NCBI GenBank assembly: GCA_009692505.1
Contig: SHZC01000001.1
Span: forward strand, 21,701 to 85,700
Length of the DNA: 64,000 nt
Source of the DNA: Myxococcales bacterium
GTDB lineage: Bacteria > Myxococcota_A > Bradymonadia > UBA7976 > UBA1532
Direction of reading: 5' to 3'
Shown here: positions 44,942-54,519 of the stretch, in pieces
How the letters are laid out: each line of letters begins with the position of its first letter
Numbering within the stretch: position 1 is the stretch's first letter
The notes under the pieces: generated by a model
What the model saw: the letters and a program-made list of their open reading frames with translations, nothing else
What the model was told of the DNA's origin: nothing
Databases searched by the model: none
Program-made: the position numbers and the translations under genes

Positions 44942-47544
44942 CGCCCGGACTCCAGCCGCGAATAGACCTCGGCGACCGCCGCGAACAGGGCCTCGTCGGC
45001 GACCTTCGCGCCCTGCGTATCGGTGACGTAGAACGTGTCCTGGGCGGCGTTGCCTTCGGTCGTGACGCGGGCAAGCGCGATGGTGAGTCCACCGCGGGCG
45101 AGCGTATCGGCGATCGAGTGGAGCAGGCCGACCCGGTCACGCGCCTTGACGTCGATGATGCTCGAGACGTCGCTGCCGCGTTGATCGGCGGTGACGCGGG
45201 TCTCCACCATCGGCCCGTCTGGCCAGACGAACGCCCCGTCGCGTTGAGTCTTGAGCAGGAGCGTCTCGACGGTCGTCTCCCCGTTAAGGACGGCGGCCAA
45301 GTCTGCGGCGAGCGCGGGGAAACGGGGGTCATCCGCGGCAGGCACCGCCCCACTTGCGTCCCGAACTTGAAAGACGTCGATCCCGACGCCGTCGCTTGTG
45401 ACGTGGACCTCTGCGGTCAGGATGGCGAAGCGGTGGGCGGCGAGGGCCCCGGCAAAGATGGCGAGGAGGCCCGGTCGATCGGCGCAGGCGAGGTGCAAGA
45501 CGCCGTGGCCCTTCTTCGGCCGCGATACGAAGGTGTAAACGAGCGGCTCGTTCTTGAGACGTCCCCGGAGCAGGATGTGCCGGGCGATGTCCGTGGCCCG
45601 GGTCCGCTCGAAGTACGCGGTCGGCAGGCTCGCGAAGAACCGGTCGGTCTCGCCGTTTACGTCCGCCTGCTCGATGCGGTCGCGGCGCTCAAGAGCCTCC
45701 GATACCTTCCCCCGGAGGCGCTGCACCCGGCGCGAGGGATCTTCGTAGAGGTCCAAGCCCCGGCGGAGGCGGTCCTGGCCCTTCGCGTACAGCTCGGAGA
45801 GGAGCGTGGCTTTCCACTCGGTATATGCCTGCGGGCCGGTCGTCGAGGCGTCGGCCCACGTCAGGATGAAGAGGCGGGCGAGGGACTCCGGTGAGCCGAC
45901 TTGCCGCGCGAACTGCCGAATGAGCCCGGGGTCCGAAAGATCCCGCCGCTGGCTGAGGTGGGCCATGAGGAGGTGGTCGCGCACAAGCCACTCGGTGTCC
46001 CGAACATCGGCGCTCGGGAGCCCGAGTCGTCGGCCGATCGGCGTGATCAGCCGCGCGCCTTTGACCGCATGACCCCGACCGAGGGCCTTGCCCGCGTCGT
46101 GCATGAGCAGAGCCAGATAGAGCGGCAAGGTCCGACCGACGAGCGCCATGGCAGCGTGCAAGGCGGGATGCGACGCGGCGAGCTCTCCCCGATGGAGCGC
46201 CTTGAGGCTGCGGAGCGCGTGCAGCGTGTGAATGTCGACGGTGTACACATGGTACATGTCGTGATGCGTCCGGTGGGCCACGGCACCGAACTCCGGCAGC
46301 ATGGCCCCGAGCACGCCGGTCTCATGCATATCGCCGAGGGCATCGAAGGGATCGTCTGCGGCGGTGAGCACCTCAAGGAACGCCGAGATCACGAGCGGGT
46401 GTCGACGAAAGGCGTCGCCGGCCTCTCCGCCAAGGAGCGGGGCTGCCTCCATGGCGCGCTCGCGGGCAAAGCCGTAGATGGGCACGCCCTCGGCGCGGGC
46501 CACCGAGAAGAGGCGCATGACCTGAGTGGGATCGCGCTCGAAGAGCTGCCCGTCCTCGATGCTCAGGTGCCCATTGACCAGGCGAAACTGCGCGTCGATC
46601 CGGCGCAGTTGGACCCGGCGTTGCGGTCGGCCAACCTCGATACATCGCTCCAGCATGAGGCGGCCGCGCTTCTGGACGACGCTGGCGTGCGCGTAGTGGG
46701 CCTGCATGAAGTGCTCGACCCCGCTCGCGTCGCCGCCTTGCCCGAAGGCTTGGGCGATGACCTGCTGGTACTCGAAGGTGAGGCGGTCGCCGGCGTGGCC
46801 GGAGAAGAAGTGCAGGGCGTTGCGGGTGCGGAGCTGAAACGAGCGCGCCGCGTTGAGCTCGCGGGCCTCGCGAGGCGAGCTGACGCCCCTGGGCAGGAGG
46901 TCCGCGAAGGTCTCGACCCGGTGCCTGATCATGGCGGCCCATAAGGCGACCTGCAGATCCCGGAGCCCCCCTGGTCCCAGCTTCAGGTTGGGCTCGAGCA
47001 GGTAGACGGAGCCGCCGAAGCGCTCATGACGGGCCACCATGCCGCGCTGAAGCTCGATCAGGAGCCGCTCTCCGGCCGCCCCTCTGAGGTGCTCGGCCAA
47101 GGCGGCCCGCAGGCGATGCCACCGGTCGGCGTGCTCGACTTCGCCCACGCCGTCGTCGCTCAGCCGCCGCGTCGTCAAGAGCGCAGTCGCCGTGGCCGGA
47201 TCCCCGTCGGCGAGCGAGAGGCACTGCTCCACCGTTCGGGTCGCGTACCCCACCTGGAAGTGCCGGTCCCAAAGCCCGTGAAGGATCGCGTCAACTGCCG
47301 GGGCCGCGAGCGCGGGATCGTCGGTCAGAAAGAGCAGGTCGATGTCGCTCTTCGGGGCCATCTCCGCGCGGCCATAGCCGCCCGTCGCCAAGATCGTGAA
47401 GCCTCTGTGCCCGACGGAGAGCTCGCGCACGACGGCGTCGACGGCGGCGGTCAGGCGCGCACAGATTGCCAGACCCTCCGCGCCGGCCTTGGCGTCGTCC
47501 TCGATGGCGGCGCGCAGCTTCTCGAACGAAGTCGGCTCCGTCAT
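44938..47544 (-). CDS. glnD: [protein-PII] uridylyltransferase
   Basis: 'ATGGYGR.E.AP.SDIDLLF', 'LEPNLK...GGLRD', 'YHVYTVD.H', HDAGK, two ACT domains ('DRPGLL', 'DRVGLL'). Confidence 0.95.
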   Translation of the reverse strand: MTEPTSFEKLRAAIEDDAKAGAEGLAICARLTAAVDAVVRELSVGHRGFTILATGGYGRAEMAPKSDIDLLFLTDDPALAAPAVDAILHGLWDRHFQVGYATRTVEQCLSLADGDPATATALLTTRRLSDDGVGEVEHADRWHRLRAALAEHLRGAAGERLLIELQRGMVARHERFGGSVYLLEPNLKLGPGGLRDLQVALWAAMIRHRVETFADLLPRGVSSPREARELNAARSFQLRTRNALHFFSGHAGDRLTFEYQQVIAQAFGQGGDASGVEHFMQAHYAHASVVQKRGRLMLERCIEVGRPQRRVQLRRIDAQFRLVNGHLSIEDGQLFERDPTQVMRLFSVARAEGVPIYGFARERAMEAAPLLGGEAGDAFRRHPLVISAFLEVLTAADDPFDALGDMHETGVLGAMLPEFGAVAHRTHHDMYHVYTVDIHTLHALRSLKALHRGELAASHPALHAAMALVGRTLPLYLALLMHDAGKALGRGHAVKGARLITPIGRRLGLPSADVRDTEWLVRDHLLMAHLSQRRDLSDPGLIRQFARQVGSPESLARLFILTWADASTTGPQAYTEWKATLLSELYAKGQDRLRRGLDLYEDPSRRVQRLRGKVSEALERRDRIEQADVNGETDRFFASLPTAYFERTRATDIARHILLRGRLKNEPLVYTFVSRPKKGHGVLHLACADRPGLLAIFAGALAAHRFAILTAEVHVTSDGVGIDVFQVRDASGAVPAADDPRFPALAADLAAVLNGETTVETLLLKTQRDGAFVWPDGPMVETRVTADQRGSDVSSIIDVKARDRVGLLHSIADTLARGGLTIALARVTTEGNAAQDTFYVTDTQGAKVADEALFAAVAEVYSRLESGR

Positions 47545-50234
47545 GAGCGGGGATCCCGCAGGCGGGCGCGCAGCGAGTGAAGAAACGTCAGCGCCTGGAG
47601 CGGGCTAAGGTGGTCCAGATCCGCGGCGCGCAGGTGCTGTTCGACCTCGCTCGGGGCGCTTGCGACCGAGGCCGGTACGAAGAGGCTGAGCTGCAGGCCG
47701 TGATTCGCCATCGTGACCTTCTTGCCGCGGGCCAGGCGCGGTCGACCGACCTCGTCGCGCTCCTGCCCCTGGAGGTTCTCCATCACCTCTTTCGCGCGAT
47801 CAATCACCGACTTCGGCAGGCCCGCGAGGCGCGCGACCTGGATGCCATAGGAGCGATTCGCCCCACCCTCCACGAGCTGCCGCAGGAAGATGACCTCGTC
47901 GTTCCACTCCTTGACGGCGATGGTGTAGTTCCGGGCGCGCGGCTTGACCTCGGCGAGATCGGTGAGCTCGTGATAGTGCGTCGCGAACAGCGTCTTGGCG
48001 CCCACGACATCATGCAGGTGCTCCGCGACCGCCCACGCGATGCTCACGCCGTCGTAGGTGCTCGTGCCCCGCCCGATCTCGTCGAGGATGAGCAGGCTGC
48101 GGCGGGTCGCCTCCTGGAGAATGACCGACGTCTCGTGCATCTCCACCATAAACGTCGAGCGCCCGGCGGCGAGGTCATCGGCGGCGCCCACGCGGGTGAA
48201 GATCCGATCGACGACGCCGATGCGCGCGCTCTTTGCGGGGACGAAGCTGCCCATTTGCGCGAGCAGCGTGATGAGCGCGACCTGTCGCATGATCGTCGAC
48301 TTCCCCGCCATGTTCGGGCCCGTCAGGATGATCAGGGACTGGGACTCGCGATCGAGCCGCAGGGAGTTGGGCACAAACTGCTCACGCCCGACCGCTTGCT
48401 CCACCACGGGATGGCGTCCGTCGACGATATCGATCACGTCGCTATCGTCGACAATCGGTCGGACGAAGTCGGCGCGATGAGCGAGCTCCCCGAGGGCGAC
48501 GAGGGCGTCGAGCTCGGCGATCGCGGTGGCGACTTCGGCGATGGCGGGGGCGCGCCTCGAGACCTCGTCCCGAATCGCCGCGAAGAGCTCCAACTCCAGC
48601 GAGAGCCTGCGGGACTCGGCGTTGACGACCTTCTCCTCGAAGATCTTGAGCTGAGGTGTGTAGTACCGCTCGGCGTTGGCGAGCGTCTGCTTGCGGATGT
48701 AGTCGTCGGGGATGGAGTGGCGGTTCGCGTTGCTGATCTCGATGTAGTAGCCGAAGACGCGGTTGTACCGGACCTTCAAAGACGCGATGCCCGAGCGCTC
48801 ACGCTCCGCGGCCTCCAGCTTGGTGATCCAGTCCTTGCCCGTCGTCGACAGGTCTACGAGCTCGTCGAGCCCCGGATCGAAGCCCGGCCGGATGACGCCC
48901 CCGTCGCGGAGCTGCGCGGGCGGCTCGTCAATGAGCGCGGCCGTGATGAGGATGACCACGTCCTCGAGCTCCGTGAGCCGGGCGAGGAGGGCAGAAAGCG
49001 AGGCCTGTCCTTCGAGGAGGGCCCGCAACTCCGGCAACCGCTCGAGGCTCACGCGCAAAGACCACAGCTCACGTGGACCGGCGGCGCCCGCGGCGATGCG
49101 GCCGTTGAGGCGCTCGAGGTCGTGCATTCGCTGGAGCGCGGCGCGAAGCTCCTCTCGCCGCTGCACATCCTCACGCAGGGTGGAGACGGCGTCGAGGCGG
49201 GCGTCGATGGCCACCGGATCCACGAGCGGGAAAGCCAGCCATTGTCGGAGTTTCCGGCCACCCATGGCCGTCGAGGCGCGATCGAGGACGCCAAGCAACG
49301 AGCCGCGTTTTCGCCCCTCGATGAGGGTCTTGAACAGCTCGAGGTTGGACTTCGCGGTCTCGTCCAGGATGAGCGTGTCCTGCAGCCGGTAGGGCGTGAG
49401 CACCCGCGTATGCTCCGGGAGGCGCCGCTGCGTATCGATGACGTAGGCCGCGACCGCGCCGGCCGCCGACAAGACGGCCGCAGGGGCGCCGAAGCCGAAG
49501 TGCTCGCAGCCGTGGACGGCCTCACCTCCGTCCGGGCTCACCACGCGCGAGAGGTTCTTGCGGGCGCGCTCGACCTCGAAGAACTCCGCACCCGGTCGGC
49601 TGATGGCGACCGAACGGACGCGGTCACCGATGGCGGACAAGACGTCGTCTGCGGGGCCGTCGACCAGGATCTCGCGGGGCTCGAGGCGCGAGATCTCACA
49701 GCGAAGGGCCGCGGCGTGCATGACCTCGGTGACGCGGAAATCGCCGGTGGACACATCGAGCGCGGCGACCCCGAACGCGCCCTCCCCGGTCGGCACGATC
49801 GAGACGAGGAAGTTATTGGCGCGGGCGTCGAGGCTGCTCTCGTCGAGCACAACGCCGGGGGTCACGACGCGCGTGATGCCGCGCTCCACGATGCCCTTCG
49901 CCAGGGCCGGATCTTCGAGTTGGTCACAGACTGCGACCTTCAGGCCAGCGGCCAGGGCTTTCGCCAAGTAGGCCGGGAGCTGGTGGTGCGGAAAGCCCGA
50001 CATGGGGGCGGGCACCGTTGAGTCCTTGTCCCGGCTGGTCACGGTCAAGTCGAGGTGTCGTCCTCCGGCGAGGGCGTCCCCGTAGAACATCTCGTAGAAG
50101 TCGCCCATCCGAAAGAAGAGCAGGGCGTCTGGATATCGCTCTTTGGCCGCGACGTACTGTCGCATCATCGGCGTGAGCTTGACCCCGGCGGGGATGCCGT
50201 GCCGCGCGACCTCAGTGACCTCGGACTTCGACAT
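47541..50234 (-). CDS. mutS: DNA mismatch repair protein MutS
   Basis: 'TPMMRQY', 'FRMGDFYEMF', 'TGPNMAGKST', 'STFMVEM', 'DEIGRGTST', 'SYGIQVARLAGLP'. Confidence 0.98.
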   Translation of the reverse strand: MSKSEVTEVARHGIPAGVKLTPMMRQYVAAKERYPDALLFFRMGDFYEMFYGDALAGGRHLDLTVTSRDKDSTVPAPMSGFPHHQLPAYLAKALAAGLKVAVCDQLEDPALAKGIVERGITRVVTPGVVLDESSLDARANNFLVSIVPTGEGAFGVAALDVSTGDFRVTEVMHAAALRCEISRLEPREILVDGPADDVLSAIGDRVRSVAISRPGAEFFEVERARKNLSRVVSPDGGEAVHGCEHFGFGAPAAVLSAAGAVAAYVIDTQRRLPEHTRVLTPYRLQDTLILDETAKSNLELFKTLIEGRKRGSLLGVLDRASTAMGGRKLRQWLAFPLVDPVAIDARLDAVSTLREDVQRREELRAALQRMHDLERLNGRIAAGAAGPRELWSLRVSLERLPELRALLEGQASLSALLARLTELEDVVILITAALIDEPPAQLRDGGVIRPGFDPGLDELVDLSTTGKDWITKLEAAERERSGIASLKVRYNRVFGYYIEISNANRHSIPDDYIRKQTLANAERYYTPQLKIFEEKVVNAESRRLSLELELFAAIRDEVSRRAPAIAEVATAIAELDALVALGELAHRADFVRPIVDDSDVIDIVDGRHPVVEQAVGREQFVPNSLRLDRESQSLIILTGPNMAGKSTIMRQVALITLLAQMGSFVPAKSARIGVVDRIFTRVGAADDLAAGRSTFMVEMHETSVILQEATRRSLLILDEIGRGTSTYDGVSIAWAVAEHLHDVVGAKTLFATHYHELTDLAEVKPRARNYTIAVKEWNDEVIFLRQLVEGGANRSYGIQVARLAGLPKSVIDRAKEVMENLQGQERDEVGRPRLARGKKVTMANHGLQLSLFVPASVASAPSEVEQHLRAADLDHLSPLQALTFLHSLRARLRDPRS

Positions 50235-50271
50235 AGGGTCGCGGTGTACCCCATGACCCCACGGACCTCAA

Positions 50272-50586
50272 TCACCCGTGGCTGTCGAGCTGCCCGCCGA
50301 GCTGAGGCGCGCTGACGAAGACAGCACCCCCTCGGCGATTATAGAGGCGCACGGGCGCGTCGCCCGAGACAGCCTGAACGCGCTTCGAGAGTTGCAAGCC
50401 GGTGGCCTTCGCGTCGTCGTTGACCTCAGCGCGAAAGACGCCGTCAACCGGGGCGAAGCTGACGGTCGGGCCGGCGCCAAAGAGCCCGGTGATGGCATCC
50501 ACGACGCGGTCGATGGCCTGGGGCTTGGACGCTCCCCCGAGGGAGAGCGCCGCAGCTGCGGCACCACGTCCTCCGACGGCGCGCAC
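50272..50586 (-). CDS. Small hypothetical protein
   Basis: Fills the dnaJ-mutS gap on the same strand, starts right after the dnaJ stop, mostly G/C third positions; no recognisable motif. Confidence 0.4.
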   Translation of the reverse strand: MRAVGGRGAAAAALSLGGASKPQAIDRVVDAITGLFGAGPTVSFAPVDGVFRAEVNDDAKATGLQLSKRVQAVSGDAPVRLYNRRGGAVFVSAPQLGGQLDSHG

Positions 50587-50587
50587 T

Positions 50588-51592
50588 TCAGTGCACCGCC
50601 ACTTTCAAGAACAGCTCACCCCGACCGGCCTGACGCCACCGGGGAAGCCCCTGCTCACGGAGACGAAATCGAGCACCTTCTCGGGTCCCCGCGGGCACAT
50701 CCAGGCGAACTCGGCCCCAGGGGGTCGCGACGGCGATCGTGCCACCGGAGCGGGCGAGCGAGGCCGGCAGTTCGAGGGCGCCCCGCAGATTGGCGCCCTC
50801 ACGTCGATAGCCGGGCACGGTCTCGGGCTCGAGGATGAGATAGAGGTCACCGGCCGGTCGGCCAAGGAGGCCGTCATTGCCCTTGCCCGTCAGGCGCATC
50901 TTCGAGCCGGCACGGGCCCCCGCGGGGACCACGACCTTGAGCCGCTCACGAACGATGATGCGGCCCGCGCCCCCGCAGACACAGGTGAGCTCACCACCGC
51001 GCGGGCAGCAGGGGCAAGCCGACGCGCGAGTCACGATGAGCGTCTGCTCGACGCCCCGGAGCAGAGCCGTCAGACCGACGTGCAGCGACTGCACGACGTC
51101 GCTGCCGGCGACGGACACGCCCGGACGGAGTCGGTTGAGGAGGCGCTGCCAGAGGCTCGGGCGCGGCGTGAGCTCCGGCACGACCTGGACCTCGACCGGG
51201 GTCGAGCCGAAGGTCTGGGTCTGGGCGGCCGACGGGGGGACCTCGGTGGTGGCGCTCTCAGTCGCGGCGGCCTGGGTGCCCTGCGTCCCCTGCGGTCTGG
51301 GGGCGTGCGGCGCGGGCTTGGGGGCTCGAACATGGGAGGCGCGGCGGACAAACTCGGCGTAGGCTGCGTCGCGATCGAAGTCGGTCTCGGTGGCCGTGCA
51401 GCGGGCGCCGGCGACGCGGCCCATGAGGACGCTGTAGGCCGCGGTGATCTCAGAGAAGCGACGACTGTCGGTCCCGGTCACATCCGGGTGCAGCCGCTTC
51501 GCGATGCGTCGGTAAGCGCGCTTCACCTCATCGCGAGGCGTATCGGTCGCTAGACCAAGGATCGCGTAACACTCGGGCGGGGTGAGCACCAT
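50588..51592 (-). CDS. DnaJ/CbpA-type J-domain co-chaperone with a reduced zinc-finger region
   Basis: J domain 'YAILGL...VKRAYRRIAKRLHPD'; 'CPCC...CVCGGAG'; DnaJ C-terminal 'VPAG...RLTGKG..G..G.PAGDLY', 'RLREQG'. Confidence 0.88.
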   Translation of the reverse strand: MVLTPPECYAILGLATDTPRDEVKRAYRRIAKRLHPDVTGTDSRRFSEITAAYSVLMGRVAGARCTATETDFDRDAAYAEFVRRASHVRAPKPAPHAPRPQGTQGTQAAATESATTEVPPSAAQTQTFGSTPVEVQVVPELTPRPSLWQRLLNRLRPGVSVAGSDVVQSLHVGLTALLRGVEQTLIVTRASACPCCPRGGELTCVCGGAGRIIVRERLKVVVPAGARAGSKMRLTGKGNDGLLGRPAGDLYLILEPETVPGYRREGANLRGALELPASLARSGGTIAVATPWGRVRLDVPAGTREGARFRLREQGLPRWRQAGRGELFLKVAVH

Positions 51593-51636
51593 GCAGGACT
51601 CCAGGCGCAGGGGTCGAACGCCTGCCCAGCTTCATG

Positions 51637-51653
51637 TGCAGCGCATGTGCCAA
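51637..51653 (-). promoter_or_regulatory. Putative sigma54 (-24/-12) promoter of the dnaJ-like gene
   Basis: TTGGCACATGCGCTGCA (GG-N10-GC) about 45 bp upstream of ATG 51592. Confidence 0.65.
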
Positions 51654-51715
51654 CACCTCTTCTGGCGAGCGCCCAAGGCCAGAGGCCAACGATCGGGACT
51701 CGCCGCAGAACCTCA

Positions 51716-51847
51716 TGCGCAAGAACGTGCACACGTCGCGCGCCATCACGGCACCAGATCGTGTTCTTTGCCCATGCCGGACGCGGAGAATGTAACTGTG
51801 CACGGATTTGCACATCACCCACCGACGCATGCGCAATGCATTGCACA
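51716..51847. promoter_or_regulatory. Three palindromic TGYGCA-N6-TGCACA sites (candidate enhancer-binding-protein UAS)
   Basis: 51716-51733 tgcgca-agaacg-tgcaca; 51797-51814 tgtgca-cggatt-tgcaca; 51830-51847 tgcgca-atgcat-tgcaca. Confidence 0.7.
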
Positions 51848-51942
51848 ATTACGAACCCCTTGCGATGTGGGTCACAGCGGCGATCCTGCTGGCTCTGCTG
51901 ACGTCTCCGGCCCTGCCGACCTGTAATCAGGAGAAGCCCACG

Positions 51943-54519
51943 ATGAGCTGCTGGAATCGCGGGACCTTCTTCGGCCCTCTCTTCTGCGCGCTCTCGTGCA
52001 GCGACGGGACGATGCCAGGGACCGGCGAGCACCTCCGCGACGGGTCCGCTGTCTCCGGTGACCGCCACGACGCCCTCGTCCCGGACTCGGCGTCGGGAGA
52101 TGCCGGTGGCGATGTTCCAGATGCGGCCGTCTGCCGGCCGGCGGGTGAGGAGCGGTGCAACGGTCGGGACGACGACTGCGACGGTCTGATCGACGAAGGC
52201 CAGGACGCGGTGGACAGCGACGACGACCAGGTCCCGGACTGCCTCGACGACGACGACGACAACGACGGTTCCCCGGACGCGCTCGACTGCGCGCCCCAGG
52301 ATCCGATCCGAGGACCGGCGGCCGCCGAGCTCTGTAATGGGGTCGACGACAACTGCGGTGGGGCCGTGGACGAGGATCTGAGCCGGGGCTGTTACGACGG
52401 CCCGCCCGGGACCTCAGGGATGGGGCAATGCCGAGACGGGCAACAGGCCTGCGTCGCTGGGGCCTTCGCGGCTTGCGTGGGCCAGGTCTTGCCTTCGACC
52501 GAGACCTGCGACGGCCTGGACAACGACTGCGATCGCCGGATCGACGAGGGCTTCCAGGACCAGAGCGGGGCGCCAGACTGCCTCGACCGCGACGCCGATG
52601 GGGACCGGATCGCCGACGTGGACGACAACTGTGCCGCGCTCGAAAACGCCGAGCAGCTCGACTTCGACGCCGACGGTCAAGGCGACGCCTGTGACGAGGA
52701 CGATGACAACGACGCTTTCGCCGATGGAGGTGATTGCGCTCCGCTCGACCCGGCCCTTCACCCGGGCACCGACGAGCGCTGCGACGGCGTCGATGGCGAC
52801 TGCGACGGGTCCGTCGACGAGGGGGTCTTCGAGCCGTGTTACGGCGGCGCGGACGGCACCGCGGGGATCGGTCGCTGCGCCGCCGGACTCGCGGCCTGCG
52901 AAGCGGGCAGCTTCGGCGCCTGTGTCGGCGCCGTCGAGCCTGAGGCCGAGCGCTGCGACCTCGTCGACGAGGACTGCGACGGCCTCGTCGACGAGGGCAC
53001 GGACCGGGCCTTCGTCGACGCGGACGGGGACGGCTTCGGCGTCGTCGGGCAAGACCACGTCTGCGGCCTCGTCCCCGGCTATGCGGCGGCGTCCGGGGAC
53101 TGCGACGACGCCCAATTGGAGGTCAACCCCCTCGCCTTCGATCTGCCGGACCTCACGTTTACGGACCTGGATTGCGACGGCGTCGATGGCGCGGCGGTCC
53201 GTATGGTGTTCGTCAGACCCGACGCCGACGCGCTTGGGGACGGCACGCGGGACCGCCCGTTTCAGTCGGTGGCGCAGGCGAACGCCCTCGCGGGGAGGGA
53301 CCCGAACATCGTGGGCATCGCGTTGGCGCGCGGCACCTTGCACGAGACCGTCGCGCTGCGTGACGGCGTCTCGATCTACGGCGGGTACGACGCCGCCCAG
53401 TTATGGGCGCGGGACGTGACCTTCGAGTCCATCATCGAGGCCGCCCCCGCGGTCAATGGTCAACGCCGCGCCGTGTCCGCGATCGACATTCGTAGACCGA
53501 CCGCCCTGCAGCTCCTCACGCTCCAGGTGCCCGACGCCCTTGTCCAGGGTCAGACCAATATCGGCCTCCTGGCCACGCGCGCACCTGGCCTCGCGCTCCT
53601 CGAGGTCCGAGCCTTCGTCGGGCGCGGCGGCGAGGGCGCAAGTGGCCTCGCCGGCCTCGATGGTCAAGACGGCGGGGACGGCACGAGCGGGGGGGACTGC
53701 GGAGGCGCCTTCGGGCAGGGGGGCGTCAGCGTCTGCCTCGCGGAGGGGGGCAACGGAGGCTCCGGGGGTAATCAGGGCGAAGATGGTCAATCTGGTTTAC
53801 GACCCGGCTGTGGGGGGGCAGGCGGTCGTCGGGGCGGGGCCGGCGCTGGCAGTGATGGCAGCGCGGGCTGTACGCCCGGCGATCGCCTCGCCGCGAACGA
53901 CGGCGCGATCGCCCAAGCCCCGGGCGTCGACGCCTTCGACGTCTGGCACAGCGGCGACGGACGCGGGGGCGGCGACGGTCAGGCGGGCCTACCCGGCGGC
54001 GGCGGCGGCGGCGGTGGCGGCGCGGCCGTCATCGGCGGCACGGCCGGCGCGGGGGGCGGCGGCGGCGCGGGTGGGTGTGGCGGTCGGGCCGGCAGCGGAG
54101 GGAGCGGGGGCGGAGGCGCTTTTGGCCTCATGGCGCTCGGCTCGGAGGGGCTGACCGCCATTCGCTGCACGTTCCAGATCGGGGACGGCGGTCGCGGCGG
54201 CGACGGGGGCACCGCGGGTCAGGGGGGCAACGGGGGCTCCGCGGGGGGGCGTGGGCGTGGACGTGAGGCGTTCTTCTGCGGCGGCCTCGCCGGTCCTGGA
54301 TGGGGCGGCGACGGCGGCCGGGGCGCGCGGGGCGAAGCGGGCGGGCACGGCTCGGCGGGCAATGGCGGCCCGTCCGTCGCGGTCTACTGCCTGGATACGC
54401 CCCTAGAGCCGGACGGCCACAGCTTGAGGGTCGGCAACGGCGGAGCGGCGGGTCTGGGCTCCGGGGCGGCCGGCACCGCGGGCCTCTCGGCGCTGGTGGT
54501 CGGCTGCGACCTCATGTGA
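51943..54519 (+). CDS. Surface lipoprotein: MopE-related Cys/Asp repeats, TSP3-like Ca-binding repeats, DUF1565-like beta-helix, Gly-rich (PE_PGRS-like) C-terminus
   Basis: AGGAG RBS, lipobox ALSC; repeated 'E.CNG.DDDCDG.IDEG'; 'DADGD.I.D..DNC...N..Q.D.D.DG.GDACD.DDDND'; 'GDGTRDRPFQSV...GVSIYGGYD'; GGxGGxG tracts. Confidence 0.8.
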   Translation: MSCWNRGTFFGPLFCALSCSDGTMPGTGEHLRDGSAVSGDRHDALVPDSASGDAGGDVPDAAVCRPAGEERCNGRDDDCDGLIDEGQDAVDSDDDQVPDCLDDDDDNDGSPDALDCAPQDPIRGPAAAELCNGVDDNCGGAVDEDLSRGCYDGPPGTSGMGQCRDGQQACVAGAFAACVGQVLPSTETCDGLDNDCDRRIDEGFQDQSGAPDCLDRDADGDRIADVDDNCAALENAEQLDFDADGQGDACDEDDDNDAFADGGDCAPLDPALHPGTDERCDGVDGDCDGSVDEGVFEPCYGGADGTAGIGRCAAGLAACEAGSFGACVGAVEPEAERCDLVDEDCDGLVDEGTDRAFVDADGDGFGVVGQDHVCGLVPGYAAASGDCDDAQLEVNPLAFDLPDLTFTDLDCDGVDGAAVRMVFVRPDADALGDGTRDRPFQSVAQANALAGRDPNIVGIALARGTLHETVALRDGVSIYGGYDAAQLWARDVTFESIIEAAPAVNGQRRAVSAIDIRRPTALQLLTLQVPDALVQGQTNIGLLATRAPGLALLEVRAFVGRGGEGASGLAGLDGQDGGDGTSGGDCGGAFGQGGVSVCLAEGGNGGSGGNQGEDGQSGLRPGCGGAGGRRGGAGAGSDGSAGCTPGDRLAANDGAIAQAPGVDAFDVWHSGDGRGGGDGQAGLPGGGGGGGGGAAVIGGTAGAGGGGGAGGCGGRAGSGGSGGGGAFGLMALGSEGLTAIRCTFQIGDGGRGGDGGTAGQGGNGGSAGGRGRGREAFFCGGLAGPGWGGDGGRGARGEAGGHGSAGNGGPSVAVYCLDTPLEPDGHSLRVGNGGAAGLGSGAAGTAGLSALVVGCDLM

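Noticed and set aside
47577-50021. 814-aa ORF antisense to mutS (likewise 1775-3115, 28673-30691, 60713-62260)
   Set aside because: Antisense mirror frames of conserved genes with no independent evidence
50278-51553. Plus-strand ORFs 50278-50838 and 50402-51553
   Set aside because: Overlap the dnaJ-like gene on the opposite strand and have no recognisable motifs
51797-51812. GTGCACGGATTTGCA as a plus-strand sigma54 promoter for the surface lipoprotein
   Set aside because: Lacks the invariant GG and the spacing is one base short; better explained as one of the palindromic sites
53990-54120. (GGC)n tracts as a contingency locus
   Set aside because: Simply encode the Gly-rich domain; triplet changes would not shift the frame
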